Below are positions 23,129 through 34,944 of a stretch of DNA of 64,000 bases, in pieces. The notes under the pieces are model-generated. The model saw only the letters and a list, made by a program, of their open reading frames with translations. It was not told where the DNA came from and searched no databases. Position 1 is the stretch's first letter, and every line of letters starts with the position of its first letter. Both the position numbers and the translations under genes were made by a program. Source of the DNA: Amoebophrya sp. A120 (Eukaryota > Protista > Dinoflagellata); assembly GCA_905178155.1 (NCBI GenBank), contig CAJINV010000005.1, positions 545,715 through 609,714 of the forward strand. Direction: 5' to 3'.

Positions 23129-24859
23129 TCATCTCAGAGCACTTCTTGGATCTTTTCCCCCTCGTGCCGCCCCTGCTTTTATCAAAGCTTTTTCCTCTGC
23201 AGTAGGAACCCACTTACGCACACACAGGCAGCTTCCGTCTGACAGCGTCCCCTCAAATGTGTTCTCTTCTTGCCGCTGCGGCAGAAGGTTTTCTTTCTCT
23301 TCATCGGACCTTCCTCTTCTGGCAGTTTTTGAACCTTCGCCTACCCCTACGCCATGCTGCGATTTGGGGCCGTATTTGATTTCGTTCTGATTCACATCGA
23401 ATGTACGACTAAGGAATGGCGCGACGCTGGATTTGGTCACATCGGTGGCGATTTTGTTTTTTCCAGTGACGCTCGAAGACAGCGGCTTCAAATCGGCAGA
23501 GAACTCCTGTGCGGGGAGCTGTTTAGAAGAAGTAGGTCGCTTTGTCACCGCTGGAGTGGTGCGAGCAACCTGATCCGCAGCCGAAAGGTTAAGAGCCGCG
23601 CTTACTTGGTCCGACTGATTTCTCCGCATCATGGCGCTTCTAGTACCGCCGTCGTGATTCGCCGATGAAGTAGCAGTTGCACTCGTCCGACTGTTCGTTC
23701 TCGAGAACTCCGAGCTAGCTGTCGCAGAGATTTCCGCTTCATCTCCCTGCGTTACAGCATTTTTCGTTCCGCTGTAGTACAACCCGGCTGAAGATCCGCG
23801 GTTTTTTCGATCCGCATGCAGGTGCACCTGTCGTGGCCGTTTCTGCTCCAGTAACGTCGGTTCTGTCTGCTGAAACGGCTCGAGCTTTCGACTCGCTCCG
23901 GCAGAGATCTGCTTCTGCTCCATTAAGCTTTTCGCGACGGAGTGCTCGAAATCTGGGTCTGGTGCGTCAACTCTTGTCTTGCGCGCCCCAGATTCGGGTA
24001 AAGCAGCAAACCCGGCTGCACGGTAAATGTCGTTTTCCTCATTTTCAAGTCCGTATTCGTTGTACACATCCTGCACCCATTTCCGCTTCGCTTTCACGAA
24101 GTCCCGCAAGCTCGCGCCGGCCGGGGCCTTGTGGTCGAGCGGATGGCTTTGTTGGGTCTTTTGCGCTTGATGACCGGCTATGAAATGCAAAAGCGTCATC
24201 TGGGTCTGGAAGGTTGGAACTTGTCATGCTAAATCTGAATGATGCAAAAATCTGTGTTGCGTGAGTGCCAAAAGCTGTCCACTTTTGACCAAGTTGAGAG
24301 GGAGTTTCTCATGCAGGAAAGGCATGATAGAGACCTCGAATAATCTGTCATGCTGGGTCTCGCATTCCAGACCTCATGGGTCATGGAAAACCTGCATCAC
24401 AAATCTTGCATTCTTCCTGACCCAGACATTTTTACGGTTGATACCGGCGCTCGAAAGCCTTCCTCGCTTGTGCTGCTGCAAAAAGAATTCGCCCCGGGCG
24501 CCGATTTTCCCCGCCGGGTCCAGTTCGTGGGGAAACTTTTGACCGGTGTCACCAGCACTCGGAGGTTTTTTGTCAGCGCCGGTGATGTGGTTTGTATTGT
24601 TGGGTTCGAATTTCGCAGAAACGTCTTGGAGCGGATTTTCGCTTGTGGGTTTATTGGAGCTGAGGCAGATCTTCTCGACAATGCCCGTCTTGGACAACTC
24701 GTTCCCTTCCCAAATCCGCACGGATTCCAGCCTTCCGCCCGGGGCACGTACACAACCGACCCAGTTGCCTTGCGAGAGATCCACTACTGGGGACGAGGTC
24801 GAGGTTGGGTCGAAGCGCTTGGCGGCTTCGCCCTGATAATTTTCCGAGGGAGCACCCAT
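23129..24859 (-). CDS. Hypothetical low-complexity protein with one introner; 3' end uncertain
   Basis: ORFs 24374-24859 and 23129-24199 fuse in frame (LSSAG-HQAQK) on element removal. Confidence 0.7.
24179..24443. mobile_element. Introner, family B body with family-A-type left end, 265 bp, TSD CCGGC
   Basis: CCGGC at 24174-78 and 24444-48. Body highly similar to 25803-26064. Left end TATGAAATGCAAAAGC. Confidence 0.94.
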
Positions 24860-25401
24860 TGTTGTATACAGCGGTTTTTGTTCTTCTCAATTTGGCTTCA
24901 TCGTGCTTAAGAGAATGAGAATGCAACTCCTACTCCTGTAAGGGTGCCTGCGGCTACTTACAAGAAGTGCAAATCGGAAAAAAGGAAAAGCCAAAAAGTC
25001 TCGCAGCTTTTTCGCTCGTTTCTCTTCGCGGCAAGATCGTTCGGGCACTCGACAAAACGAAAGCACTTTTTTTGTCCGCTCGTTTTCTGCAAACTGCAAC
25101 TACTCCGACTCGTCGAAATCTATTGTCGATGTGGTCGGCGGCCTTCGCCTTCTTGGAGAAAGAGACTAGACAACACCAACATCAACACCTGAAGCTGACT
25201 CGTCTGGACGAACCATATTTATGATTAGCTCCATTTTTTCCGAATCGTCCTCGCAGAAAACAGTTCTTTAGAAAAATCCTACAGGAGAATCTTCAGGTTT
25301 TTGAAACGGAAGAACAAGCAGAAATAAGGAGATATTTTCAAGTACTTAGTACATTTCCAGGGGCGCAGCAATCAATGCTACACAGATAAGTAGCCCTATC
25401 C

Positions 25402-28400
25402 TCAAGCCATCGACGACGCAGTGGCCGCGTTTGTCCCGCCCGCCGATTCGTCGTCAGGCTCCGATATCATCGTATCCAGGTCCATCGGCACCAAAGGCGT
25501 CTCCGTTTTCCCGCGCTCGTCCAACGTCAGCTCCCCATTGCAGGTTTCCAACACCTGCGCGTCCACTTTCTTCACGAACGTCTCAAAAGTATGAAATGCA
25601 AAAGCATCGTACTAGTATAAATCGCATGACAAATTCCCTCAGCATGAAAAATGGAATTTATAATGCGGATTTAGGTTAGGAGGGAGATTTGTGATGCATG
25701 ATTGCGAATACTACGAGTACGATACTTTTGCACAGGATAAAAAGCCCGACACGCCAACTCGTCCGCCGGCTCCTCGCAGTCCTCGTCAACATCCAAAACC
25801 GATATCAACTGTAAAAATGTCTGGGTCTGGAAGAATGCAACTTGTCATGCTAAACCTGAATGATGCAAAAATCTGTGTTGCGTGAGTGCCAAAAGCTGTC
25901 CGCTTTTGACCAAGTTGCGAGGGAGTTTCTCATGCAGGAGAGGCATGATAGAGACCTCAAAGAATCTGCCATGCTGGGTCTCGCATTCCAGACCTCATTG
26001 TTCATGGAAAACCTGCATCACAAATCTTGCATTCTTCCAGACCCAGACATTTTTACATTTGATAACCGACTCGCCGCAACCGTGGATGATGCCGTCTTTC
26101 AAAAGTTGCGGGTCGGTTTTCCGGATAAACGTCGCCTCCAGCGCCCGGCAGCTCCCGGCGAGCTGGTGGATTTCATTCCTCGCCTTGGCGTAGGCCGTGC
26201 AGGCCTGCTTCACGGTCTCGTGGACCGGGACCGCCCGGTCGTACATGTTGATGCTCTTCATTGCGACGTCCACTGTGTGCGGGTCCGGGAAGTCGCCACG
26301 GTCCCGGATCGCGCTGATCTCCGCTGCAGTCAAACGCAGCTCTTCGTACTTCTTCAGCGCGGGGGCGGCGAGGGATTTCGCGGACGGTTTCGGGACTGTG
26401 TGCGAGATTTGCGTTTTGGAGGTCGTCACGTCAACATCACAAGCTTCGCATGTTGTGTGCAACGTGCTATTGATTGGATTTTGGTGTTGATGTACAGTAC
26501 TCGATGTGTCCCTCACCTCTAACGAGTATTAAGTTTAGACATGAAGATCGATAAAGAAAACAAAAGGTGTGTTTTTCTTTTTGCAAGGCAAATAGCCCTT
26601 TTACCTCCGGGCGTCTCGCCTTCCGCTTCCTCCTCTTCCATTTCATCCGCATGCTCCTCTGCATCCTGCTCCGCGGCCTGTTGGTTAACACTTTTCCCAG
26701 GTTCGGGGACCGGTTTGGGGTGATCCAGCTTGTACTCCAACTTTGCCCGCTCTGGATTCATCTTCATTTCTACGGGCGCGAAATCGCGCTTCACATCCTC
26801 GACCGCCTCTTTATCGATCTCATCCGACTTCCGCTGGGCGGCCGCGTGGTGCTTGTGGTGGCCGTGATGCTGATTATGGTTGTACTGCTGGTCTCCGCCT
26901 GGCTGCTGCTTCGCTGTTGACCCAGAAGCTGCCTGCTGTGCCGCGGCATCCTGTGCCGCAGTATCAAATGTAAAAATGTCTGGGTCTGGAAGATTGCCAG
27001 GTTTGTCATGCACATTTTGCATGACTCCTGATGTCTGTGATGCATGCCCTAGCATCACAGATTTTGTGAGGGCTTCCTGATGCCTATACCGCATGACAAA
27101 TGCTCTGTCCGTGTAGCAAAACTTGGACTCTCTTTGCTGCTCATGCAATACAGATTTTTTTAGAATCCAAAATCAGCATGACAAGTTGGATTCTTCCAGA
27201 CCCAGACACTTTTACAGTTGATACGCAGCCTTGTGCGACGAAGAAGACATGATGGACATCAGCCCGACGGGGTTTATATCCTGTGCAAAAGTATCGTACT
27301 CGTATAAATGCATTACAAGTTTCCTCAGCATGAGAAATAAAATTTGTAATGCTGATTTACCTTAAGAAAAAGATTTGTAATGCATGATTGCAATACGAGT
27401 ACGATACTTTTGCACAGGATAGTTTAGCAGCGCCAGAGTATCTTTGAAATGCGCAAAGAAGTTGTGCCAGTTCGCTAGGGGGCCGCTGGCGGTTTTTTCT
27501 TTGGCCTTGTCTGCGTCTGGCGGTGGCTTTGGCTTTGCTGCTGGCGGGGGTTTGGCTTTTGTAGCATCAGCAGGAGTGGGCGGTGTGGGACCAGCAGCCG
27601 CTGGGGCTTCGTTGGCAGCGAAAGAAGTGGTGCGGGATGTAGGCTGCTTCACCTGGAGCCCGATATCCAGGAATTGTGTCACATTCAACTGCATCGGGCC
27701 GTTATCCTGACGTTGTTCCTGCAGCGCAAGAGACGGTGGCTTCCGTTTTCTTGCGCGGCCTTTACTTCCAGTATCCGGATGATGTTGTCCATTCGCACCA
27801 CGATGCTTTGCCTTTTTTCGTTTATTTGCCTTTCGCGCCGAAGCCTTCTCGTTCGCATCTGGTTCATCGCTTCTGGCGTCCTGCTGCTCCTCGTTGCCAA
27901 CTACAGGTTTTTTCGCTTTTGTGCTTGGTCTTGCTGCGGCGATACTACCGTCCGCAGCTTCAGTTGCACTTCGTTTTCCCAAGACCGCATCTTTCGCTGC
28001 CGTTCCCGCGCCCTCCTCCTCCTGCTCTCTTCTGGCTTTGTTCAATACTTTCAGCGCGGAGTCCAGTTCCGTTACGAACGGATCTGTCTCCTCCCTCGTC
28101 TGCGCGTCGTACTCGTCGAATTCGTCCATGACCTCCTGTTTTCCCTCCTCCGTCAGCCCCGGCACGTTTTTCAACACGTTCCAGGCCGCCTCCCGTGCGG
28201 TTTTCCGGAGAATGTCCGGGCCGAGGCGGGCCAGCATGCTGTGATCCAGTTGGCCCATCAGCCGCGCGGAAGACAGCGTTTCCAACGCCTTCGCGCCGCC
28301 GTTCGAAACGAGCGTCTCGACGTCGATCCTTTCTCCCTTCTTCATCATCTTGGTTAGGGGTTTCAGGGTCCCAGCATCTAACCCGAGGACCGGCATCTGC

Positions 28401-28639
28401 AGAGCGGCCTTGTCGGCCATGCGGTTGGGGAACAGGGGATCATGGTCGTCCGGCTGAAAGAAGTTCGGGTTCCCAGGGCCGAGGTTTTTGAATTCGAGAT
28501 GGTTTTCGTTTTGGTGCTCGGGGAGCGAAGGGGAGTTTTCGCCAAGAGCGGTAGGGGTTGGTGGGACGGTACCACCACCGAAAACTTGTTGAGCCGCGAA
28601 ACTCGAAAAATGCCGGGAAGTTCCGGTACCAAATACCAT
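25402..28639 (-). CDS. Hypothetical protein with four introners and one conventional intron (may be two genes split near 26450-26600)
   Basis: In-frame joins LALLN-PVGLM, HKAA-AQDAA, CGESV-LDVDE and CRAF-ETFVK...SSMA*. Confidence 0.65.
25590..25739. mobile_element. Introner, family A, 150 bp, TSD AAAAG
   Basis: Ends TATGAAATGCAAAAGCATCGTAC and GTACGATACTTTTGCACAGGATA. AAAAG at 25585-89 and 25740-44. In-frame join. Confidence 0.94.
25803..26064. mobile_element. Introner, family B, 262 bp, TSD ACCGA
   Basis: About 38-bp TIR TATCAAMTGTAAAAATGTCTGGGTCTGGAAGAATGCAA with 1 mismatch. ACCGA at 25798-802 and 26065-69. In-frame join. Confidence 0.96.
26962..27223. mobile_element. Introner, family B, 262 bp, opposite orientation to 25803, TSD CGCAG
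   Basis: Aligns to the reverse complement of 25803-26064. CGCAG at 26957-61 and 27224-28. In-frame join. Confidence 0.95.
27277..27421. mobile_element. Introner, family A, 145 bp, TSD GTTTA
   Basis: Perfect 29-bp TIR TATCCTGTGCAAAAGTATCGTACTCGTAT. GTTTA at 27272-76 and 27422-26. In-frame join. Confidence 0.96.
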
Positions 28640-28899
28640 GGCTGTGTGATGAGAAGCTACGAGAAGATGACGTCACAACCTGCGAGAACTACGACGCGTC
28701 TTTATGTAACGACATGGACATTCATACAAAAAATTAGAATTGTTCGCTGATCTGTAACGATCGATGGATCAAATTCAGATCAGCTCGATATTCATATTCC
28801 TGAGACAGAATGACACTCAGCTCCAGGAGAAACGAATCGGAGACGAAGCCAAATATTGATCGATTGTCCCAAACATCATTATTCGTCCTTAGACGTGTA

Positions 28900-30000
28900 G
28901 CATGTTCGTAGCGAGCAATGACATCCACTACATTACTTGCGAGAGCCACTCAATAACATCGTCGAACGGGAACGACGGCTCCGACACATCGACTTGCTTC
29001 TTCAATCACACTCACGCTTGTTCTTTCTCACAACATTTACATGAGTAACTGCTCGTCACACGACAACTTCAACCACATCCAAATTCGTTCGACGCTATAA
29101 TTTCGAGGTGGAATAAAACCAAAAGCAAACCTCAGAGTGAGATCTCCGGTGGCGAGAAAAACTAGAGCAGCAACAATGCCATTCATGATCATTGGGCTGA
29201 GCCAATATATCTCAACTGAAACGCGTTCCCTCGAATTGGGGCCATCCGCATAACGAGCGAGCAACGCAACGACGGCCGCCGGACGGTGGCGCAGGCACAC
29301 ATAATGAATCTCTCTACGCCCACGCGCGCCGGGCCGCTCGCGCCCACGGACGCACGCTTCCCTCGGGAATGCCGCACGGCAACGGGGCCTTACCGAGAAC
29401 CATGCGCGGCCGCTGGCACCGGTGCCGGACATGCCGGACGACGGACACACTGGCCCGAACAACACGCGCCTGCCGAGCCTTCAAAATGATACAAAAGGCG
29501 GCGAGTGCAGGGTAATGAAGGGCCGCCGCCAGCGCAAGAAGGCGGCCGAGCGACCACCGACCGGCCCGGCGGGGCCGGCGTCCTTCTATCGGCCTCCCTG
29601 TCTGCAAAAAGGGCCCGGCGGCGCCTGGTTCTTTTGCCGGAAATTCGACCTCGCAGGCTTCCTGGCTCGTTTGCCGCGGCGTCGGGCGCGCCCTTTCGCT
29701 TTAGCATCGGCGTCGCCGTCGGCCATGTTCTTGCTCGTGCTAGGCACAGCACGGGGGAGAGAGGTGGCGAGCCGTTTCACCAATTTCGCGGCATTTGCCT
29801 CGCGTTATTCGCTCGCCGCCTGCGTGCTGACACGCAAAACACTGACACACCACGAACACCCCCAAACTGGCGCCGAAGGGCCACACCGAACGGGCCACAC
29901 CGAAGGGGGCAAAGAAAATGAGATCGCGGGCGCAGGTCTTCATCTTGGAACTGGAAGCCACGCAAGCTGGTTACACGAGCCAGTTACAAACACCAAAAAA
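28900..30000 (-). pseudogene. GC-rich relic with degenerate DDE integrase/transposase core
   Basis: SPMIMNGIVAALVFLATGDLTLRFAFGFIPPRNYSVERIWMWLK (about 29060-29200) resembles rve DNG...FL..GI...P..NG.VER...LK. It also resembles the IS630/Tc1 E-motif. Confidence 0.45.
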
Positions 30001-30306
30001 ACTTAGACTTAAGTACTCTCAAGCAACCTCTCTCGTAGTGTCTCATCTGAACCTGAAGAGGCCTGGCGCGCAAACTGACCAACTCGCGCTCCTGCTCTCT
30101 CGTGGTGTGCACTTCTTTCCACAAAAGAGCACCCCTCGCTCCTGTTCAGTTTCCTCCACGACATTAAGCGAACATGTTGACATTCATTCAATTTCAGCTG
30201 CACGACCCCATGCAAGAACAATTACATCCAATGTCTTTAGCTAAGCCGAGGACGTTGACTAGTCAGAATCCTGTTCCAGCTGCGCGACTTGATTACACGC
30301 TCGGTA

Positions 30307-33300
30307 TCAAGATGTTTGAAGCGAATACAGCTCTCCTGTCTGGTCACCAATACAAATGCGATTGCGACAAACTGTTCCTTGACCACCGATACCGTCCGCG
30401 GACCCGAACGGCCCGCTGCCGGGGAAATACCCGACTATTCTGAACTCATTTTTTTGATCGCCTCCTTCAGCATCAGAAACTGATAAACTACAAACGTAAA
30501 CGAATTTCGACGAGAGCGCAACGGCGAATAGATACTCTTCGTGGCCTTCGTTTGGTTGTACAGCAGGTCCGCAGAAGCTGTCAAAATCGCACGCCTCACA
30601 CCAGGCGATCGTCGGTTTGTTCGCGCTGCCCGGAAACAGCGCTGAAGTTTGCGCAATCGTCGCGATTTTTGCCTTGTCTGCTCCACCAGCCTCACCCGAA
30701 GAAGTGTCGACTCTGAACGCCACTAGCTCCCCTTCTTGGGAGCCGCAGATCAAGTACGAATGATGCTGCGGTTTGTCTCGGTCAGCGACAAGAGCGTCTT
30801 CGGTCTGCTTCGGGTTCTGTTGCGGTCCTGACAAAAAACAAGCACTCACCACCCAGGACGCGTCTGCGGTCGAAACGGTGAACAGCAAATCCGCCGTTGA
30901 GCCGAGCCACACGCGGCACTGGTTGTCGTTCGAGCCGGCAGCGACGAGGAAATCAGGTTGATTTGTTCCAGAGCCCCCTCTTTCAATTGCCGCCCCCGCA
31001 ACACACAACACCGCGGTCCTTTGCGACACTTTCGGCGGTAACTGTGCCTTTTTCCAGGGCAACACGCTATCCGCCGGTAACCGCTTTTTCTTTTCCAGAA
31101 GAATGTCGGTTAGTAGTTCCTTGCTCGGACAAGCCCACGCCACCGCGTAGCTGTCGCCGCCAGCTAGAATCGCTTGGGACGAAGTTGTAGGTGGCACCTC
31201 CATTCTGGAACCATTGTTTACCGACGTGGAAAGGGCGTTGATCCAATCAGGAAAACTGCAAGATAGCACACAGACCCCGTCACTCGCACGCAACACGTGT
31301 ACGATGCGAAACATGGCACAGAAAAGAGCCGTGTTGGCGAGTGATTTCAGCCCACCACCGCTGCTTGATGATGTGGGATGTGCATCCGAATTGGATGCAG
31401 TTGGCGACGGCAGCACCGCTAGTGAGCTCACCGCTGTCATGTTCAGTTCGTTCGCTGATTTCAAAACCTTCGTCCAAACCACCGTCTGACAATACGGGTT
31501 GTCCCACAAACGCACTCTGCCCATGATGTCCGCTGAAGCGACGTGCGATTCGCTGAGAAATGCGCAGCTCGAGACTGCGTGCGGCTTGTGGTAGGATTCG
31601 GCTGGAAGCTTGCTTTGCGGTGGTGCTGCGTCAGGTGGACTTGTCGACGAAGATGAAGCTTTCGTAGTTCCAACTCTCGGTCCAGCAGCCGCACCGGGTC
31701 CCGCGAGTGCGGGGAGATTACCGAGCTTGGCTCGCTTGTCTTTGTCTGCCGATGCGGTGTTGGAGTTGGTGTCTTCTGCACCTCCGGAACTAGTACCAAC
31801 AGCCGCCCTCTTCACAGCAGGCTGCTGATGATTTTCCCTCGCTGTGTCTAACCGGTAAACGCGCACGACACCGTCGTCGGAGCAGGAAAAACATCTGTTG
31901 CGCATCACCTGGGCTGTCTTAACCGTGCTCGCGTTCCCTTCTAAAGTGGCGCAGTGCTTCACTTTCGCGGTTCCAGAAGAAGAGCCTGGTGCTTCGGCAT
32001 TTGTGGTGGCCGCAGTAGATGCTTGCTTGCTGCCAGTAGATTTCTTTCCTTTGCCCGAACCCTTGCCAGCGCTTGTTGTACCGGTAGTTTGTCCAGATTT
32101 AGTGCTCTTTCCCTCATCGATTGAAATGTCGTAGAGACGGAGGGTTTTGTCATCTGCACAAGTGATGACGGAGTAAGTGGAGGTGGACGTCGACAATCCT
32201 TCGCCGTGCTGAAAAACGGTGAGCGACATCATATCGATGCCAGAGCCGTGCAGATTCGGAACCGTTGCAAGGACACTGAAGGAAAATCCAGTACTGGAGC
32301 TCGAGCCTTGTATGTCTCCTGCTTTACTGTCAATCTTGAACAACGCCCACACTTTCAAACTGTAGTCGCTGCTGATGCTCACACAGTACGTTTTTCCGAG
32401 GAAGCGAAAATCTACCACATTGTCCGTGTGCGACTTGAGGATCAAGCACGGGTCAGAAATTGCTTGCTCCACAACTTCCGCATCTTCTCCAGCGTAGTTT
32501 CTAGTTGCCGGTATGCACCACATTCTGATCTCTGCCTTAACCCCAGTCGCAACGAAAAGTCGGCTTCTATCCTCGCTAAAAAAGCCGTCGCAGCCAAGCC
32601 CTCCACGGCCGAGCTGCCAATGTGCAAGTTCGCGGGTAAAGCGAGCGGGTTTCTCTCCACCTTCTTCATTCACTTTTTGGTTCGCCAAATCGTTAACTTC
32701 GTACGCTGCAAAAAACTCGCCCGTCCGCATCAAAACAGTGAACATACCACTTTCCTGTGTCTGCACCGGCACTTTCTGCAGAGAAAAGCAACCCCCTCGC
32801 GCTTCCCAGGAGAAAAGCTTGTTCCCCCGCCTTATATCCCACAAAATCACGTCGTTGTCCGGCTTGTACGGTTTGCAAGTTGCGACGGAGAGGAGCAAGT
32901 TCTCTGTCAAAAACAGACAGTGCGACAACTCCCCGGTGTGCCCGTTTGTAATTCCGAGGGTGATCACCTCCTCCCAGGATTCCGTGGACAAAACGTGCAC
33001 AAAAGCGTCGCTGCACCCGAGGGCGATGTGCTTGTAGTCCGGGGAAACCGCCGCGGTCCATATCCAACTGTTGTTGCCGGAGAGCTGGACCGTCGTTTCC
33101 AAAGCAGTTTTCCGCTGGTCCTTGTTCGTCCAGGATAAGGGGATTTGGGTGGGAGGTGAATCTGTGTTGGTTTTTTTGCCTCGTGAGTCCTTATCCTGCG
33201 ACGCTACGTCGGAAGAATCTCGAACGTTCAGGGCTTGTTGGCGCAATACGTGTTCCAGCATGGATTTCGAATCTCCGTCGTCGGCAGATGCGGCAGCACT

Positions 33301-34944
33301 CGAAGCAAACAACCGAAAAACATGTGCATTCCCAGAATAGAACTCCTGCCAGTCCTCGAGAACAGAGGGAGAGCACGCTCCTGGTAGAGATCCAGCCGCC
33401 CCAAGCAGCACTTTCTGCAAAAACCTGAATTCCAGCAAAAAGTCGCCTAGCATCCCTGCTGCGCACTTGTGCCCGAGAAAAGCCAAATTGTCCCCACCGA
33501 GGAAGAGCTGCTGCAAAATTGCCGTGTCGGCTGCGCGGAGTGCGTGGTAAGGGAGACGGGTGAGAATTTGTTTCCAAGAAGCTCCTTGTGATGTTGCCGG
33601 CTGGGTGGTTATCTTCACCGCATTGTATTTCTGCAGGAAAAACGTAGCCAATTTCGCGTGTATGGCTTTCAACGCAGTACCGCCCTCAAAAAGTTTGTAG
33701 AACCGCTGCACCGCATCGCGAGCTTGCATGTGTAGGAAACCGACGACAGAATCACCACTGCTCGTTTCTACGACGCGGAGGACGCAAGCCAGTAAAGCTG
33801 TTGTGTCTGTAATCGTTTTTTCCGCAACTTCGCTGAAATTCGCCTGCTGCTGAGTCGTCAGACCACCCTCTGTGGCGAAAACCGCACCTAGAGCGAGTGA
33901 TAGGGGCAGTGTCTCCTTCTCAGACTTTCCCTTCGCTTCTGCATCCAGTTGGACGAGAATCTTATGAAATAATGCGGATATGGTCCCCGGTAAAGAGTCC
34001 TCAGTTCTTCCAAAGTCGCTGTCGAAACTTGATAGTCTCCACACCTGCGCGACGATCCGTAAATACAGAGCCACCCCAGCGTCCTGCTTCTGCACAATCC
34101 GATCAAGCACTTCCGGGCTTGCTGGGGCGTCAGCGGGGAGAAAACTGGAGAAAAGCTTTCGCTTGTCACTGTCGTCGAGACCATCCAACGCAACGTGCTG
34201 TGCTTGCGGCCACCGCTGCGTGATCGTAGCGAGGGTTTGGCGTAATGGGTCATCTTCGTGTAATTCTGCAGTAGGTGAAGTGTTTCCCTCTGGTGCGATA
34301 TCGCTATCGGCTTTATTCGCTGGGACGATAGTGGAAAGTATGTACTTCGCATTTTTGATTTGCAGTGGCAACCAGGTGAGATTCCGCGTCGAATCCTCCA
34401 GTTCGTTCACGGCATCGAAGACAAAAACCACACGGGCCGAACTCGGCTTACCAACGGCAACTGGCGCTGTCAGCAGTGCAACTGCTCGGGTCAGCAGGGT
34501 GGATAACCCACTCAAGTCAGCCTCTTCGGCTTCTTTCTGGATTTCGACACGTTTCTCTTCGATATTTGCAGTGTTTTTACCCGGGCTGCTCGAGTTCGCG
34601 GTGTCCAATACCTTCATAACCAACGCTTTCAAAAAGCGAAACGCCGAGGTCGAGGCGTCGCTGCTTCCGATGAAAACGGAGAAAACGAATGTTGTTGGCG
34701 TTCCAGAATTTTCATCCGTCGGTCCGCGGAGTTTCTTGCACATCTGCGCGAGCATAGTGCTTTTCCCCGCCCCGGACTTAGCCAATAAAAGGGTAGCGGA
34801 AAACTCATCGCGGTGTTTGGCGGTCGAAGCCTCGAGCTGCGTCGCGGCACGGGCTTGCGCGTTGGAGAGGCCAAGACTGAGTGTGGACCCGCTGGCGGCG
34901 GCGGCACGATCGAGGATCGTGCTCTCGTTATTGATTGCTTGCAT
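30307..34944 (-). CDS. NACHT-type P-loop NTPase plus WD40 repeats (TEP1/NWD1-like architecture)
   Basis: 1545-aa ORF with Walker A LLLAKSGAGKST and Walker B VVFVFDAVNEL. WD repeats include GHTGELSHCLF..VILWD and SHTDNVVDFRF..LKVW. C-terminal CIGDQTGELYSL. Confidence 0.9.
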   Translation of the reverse strand: MQAINNESTILDRAAAASGSTLSLGLSNAQARAATQLEASTAKHRDEFSATLLLAKSGAGKSTMLAQMCKKLRGPTDENSGTPTTFVFSVFIGSSDASTSAFRFLKALVMKVLDTANSSSPGKNTANIEEKRVEIQKEAEEADLSGLSTLLTRAVALLTAPVAVGKPSSARVVFVFDAVNELEDSTRNLTWLPLQIKNAKYILSTIVPANKADSDIAPEGNTSPTAELHEDDPLRQTLATITQRWPQAQHVALDGLDDSDKRKLFSSFLPADAPASPEVLDRIVQKQDAGVALYLRIVAQVWRLSSFDSDFGRTEDSLPGTISALFHKILVQLDAEAKGKSEKETLPLSLALGAVFATEGGLTTQQQANFSEVAEKTITDTTALLACVLRVVETSSGDSVVGFLHMQARDAVQRFYKLFEGGTALKAIHAKLATFFLQKYNAVKITTQPATSQGASWKQILTRLPYHALRAADTAILQQLFLGGDNLAFLGHKCAAGMLGDFLLEFRFLQKVLLGAAGSLPGACSPSVLEDWQEFYSGNAHVFRLFASSAAASADDGDSKSMLEHVLRQQALNVRDSSDVASQDKDSRGKKTNTDSPPTQIPLSWTNKDQRKTALETTVQLSGNNSWIWTAAVSPDYKHIALGCSDAFVHVLSTESWEEVITLGITNGHTGELSHCLFLTENLLLSVATCKPYKPDNDVILWDIRRGNKLFSWEARGGCFSLQKVPVQTQESGMFTVLMRTGEFFAAYEVNDLANQKVNEEGGEKPARFTRELAHWQLGRGGLGCDGFFSEDRSRLFVATGVKAEIRMWCIPATRNYAGEDAEVVEQAISDPCLILKSHTDNVVDFRFLGKTYCVSISSDYSLKVWALFKIDSKAGDIQGSSSSTGFSFSVLATVPNLHGSGIDMMSLTVFQHGEGLSTSTSTYSVITCADDKTLRLYDISIDEGKSTKSGQTTGTTSAGKGSGKGKKSTGSKQASTAATTNAEAPGSSSGTAKVKHCATLEGNASTVKTAQVMRNRCFSCSDDGVVRVYRLDTARENHQQPAVKRAAVGTSSGGAEDTNSNTASADKDKRAKLGNLPALAGPGAAAGPRVGTTKASSSSTSPPDAAPPQSKLPAESYHKPHAVSSCAFLSESHVASADIMGRVRLWDNPYCQTVVWTKVLKSANELNMTAVSSLAVLPSPTASNSDAHPTSSSSGGGLKSLANTALFCAMFRIVHVLRASDGVCVLSCSFPDWINALSTSVNNGSRMEVPPTTSSQAILAGGDSYAVAWACPSKELLTDILLEKKKRLPADSVLPWKKAQLPPKVSQRTAVLCVAGAAIERGGSGTNQPDFLVAAGSNDNQCRVWLGSTADLLFTVSTADASWVVSACFLSGPQQNPKQTEDALVADRDKPQHHSYLICGSQEGELVAFRVDTSSGEAGGADKAKIATIAQTSALFPGSANKPTIAWCEACDFDSFCGPAVQPNEGHEEYLFAVALSSKFVYVCSLSVSDAEGGDQKNEFRIVGYFPGSGPFGSADGIGGQGTVCRNRICIGDQTGELYSLQTS

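Noticed and set aside
25860-26522. Recurring peptides such as IKCKNVWVWKNARFVMQV and YYEYDTFAQD in unrelated ORFs, suggesting a shared domain
   Set aside because: They are read-through translations of introner TIRs.
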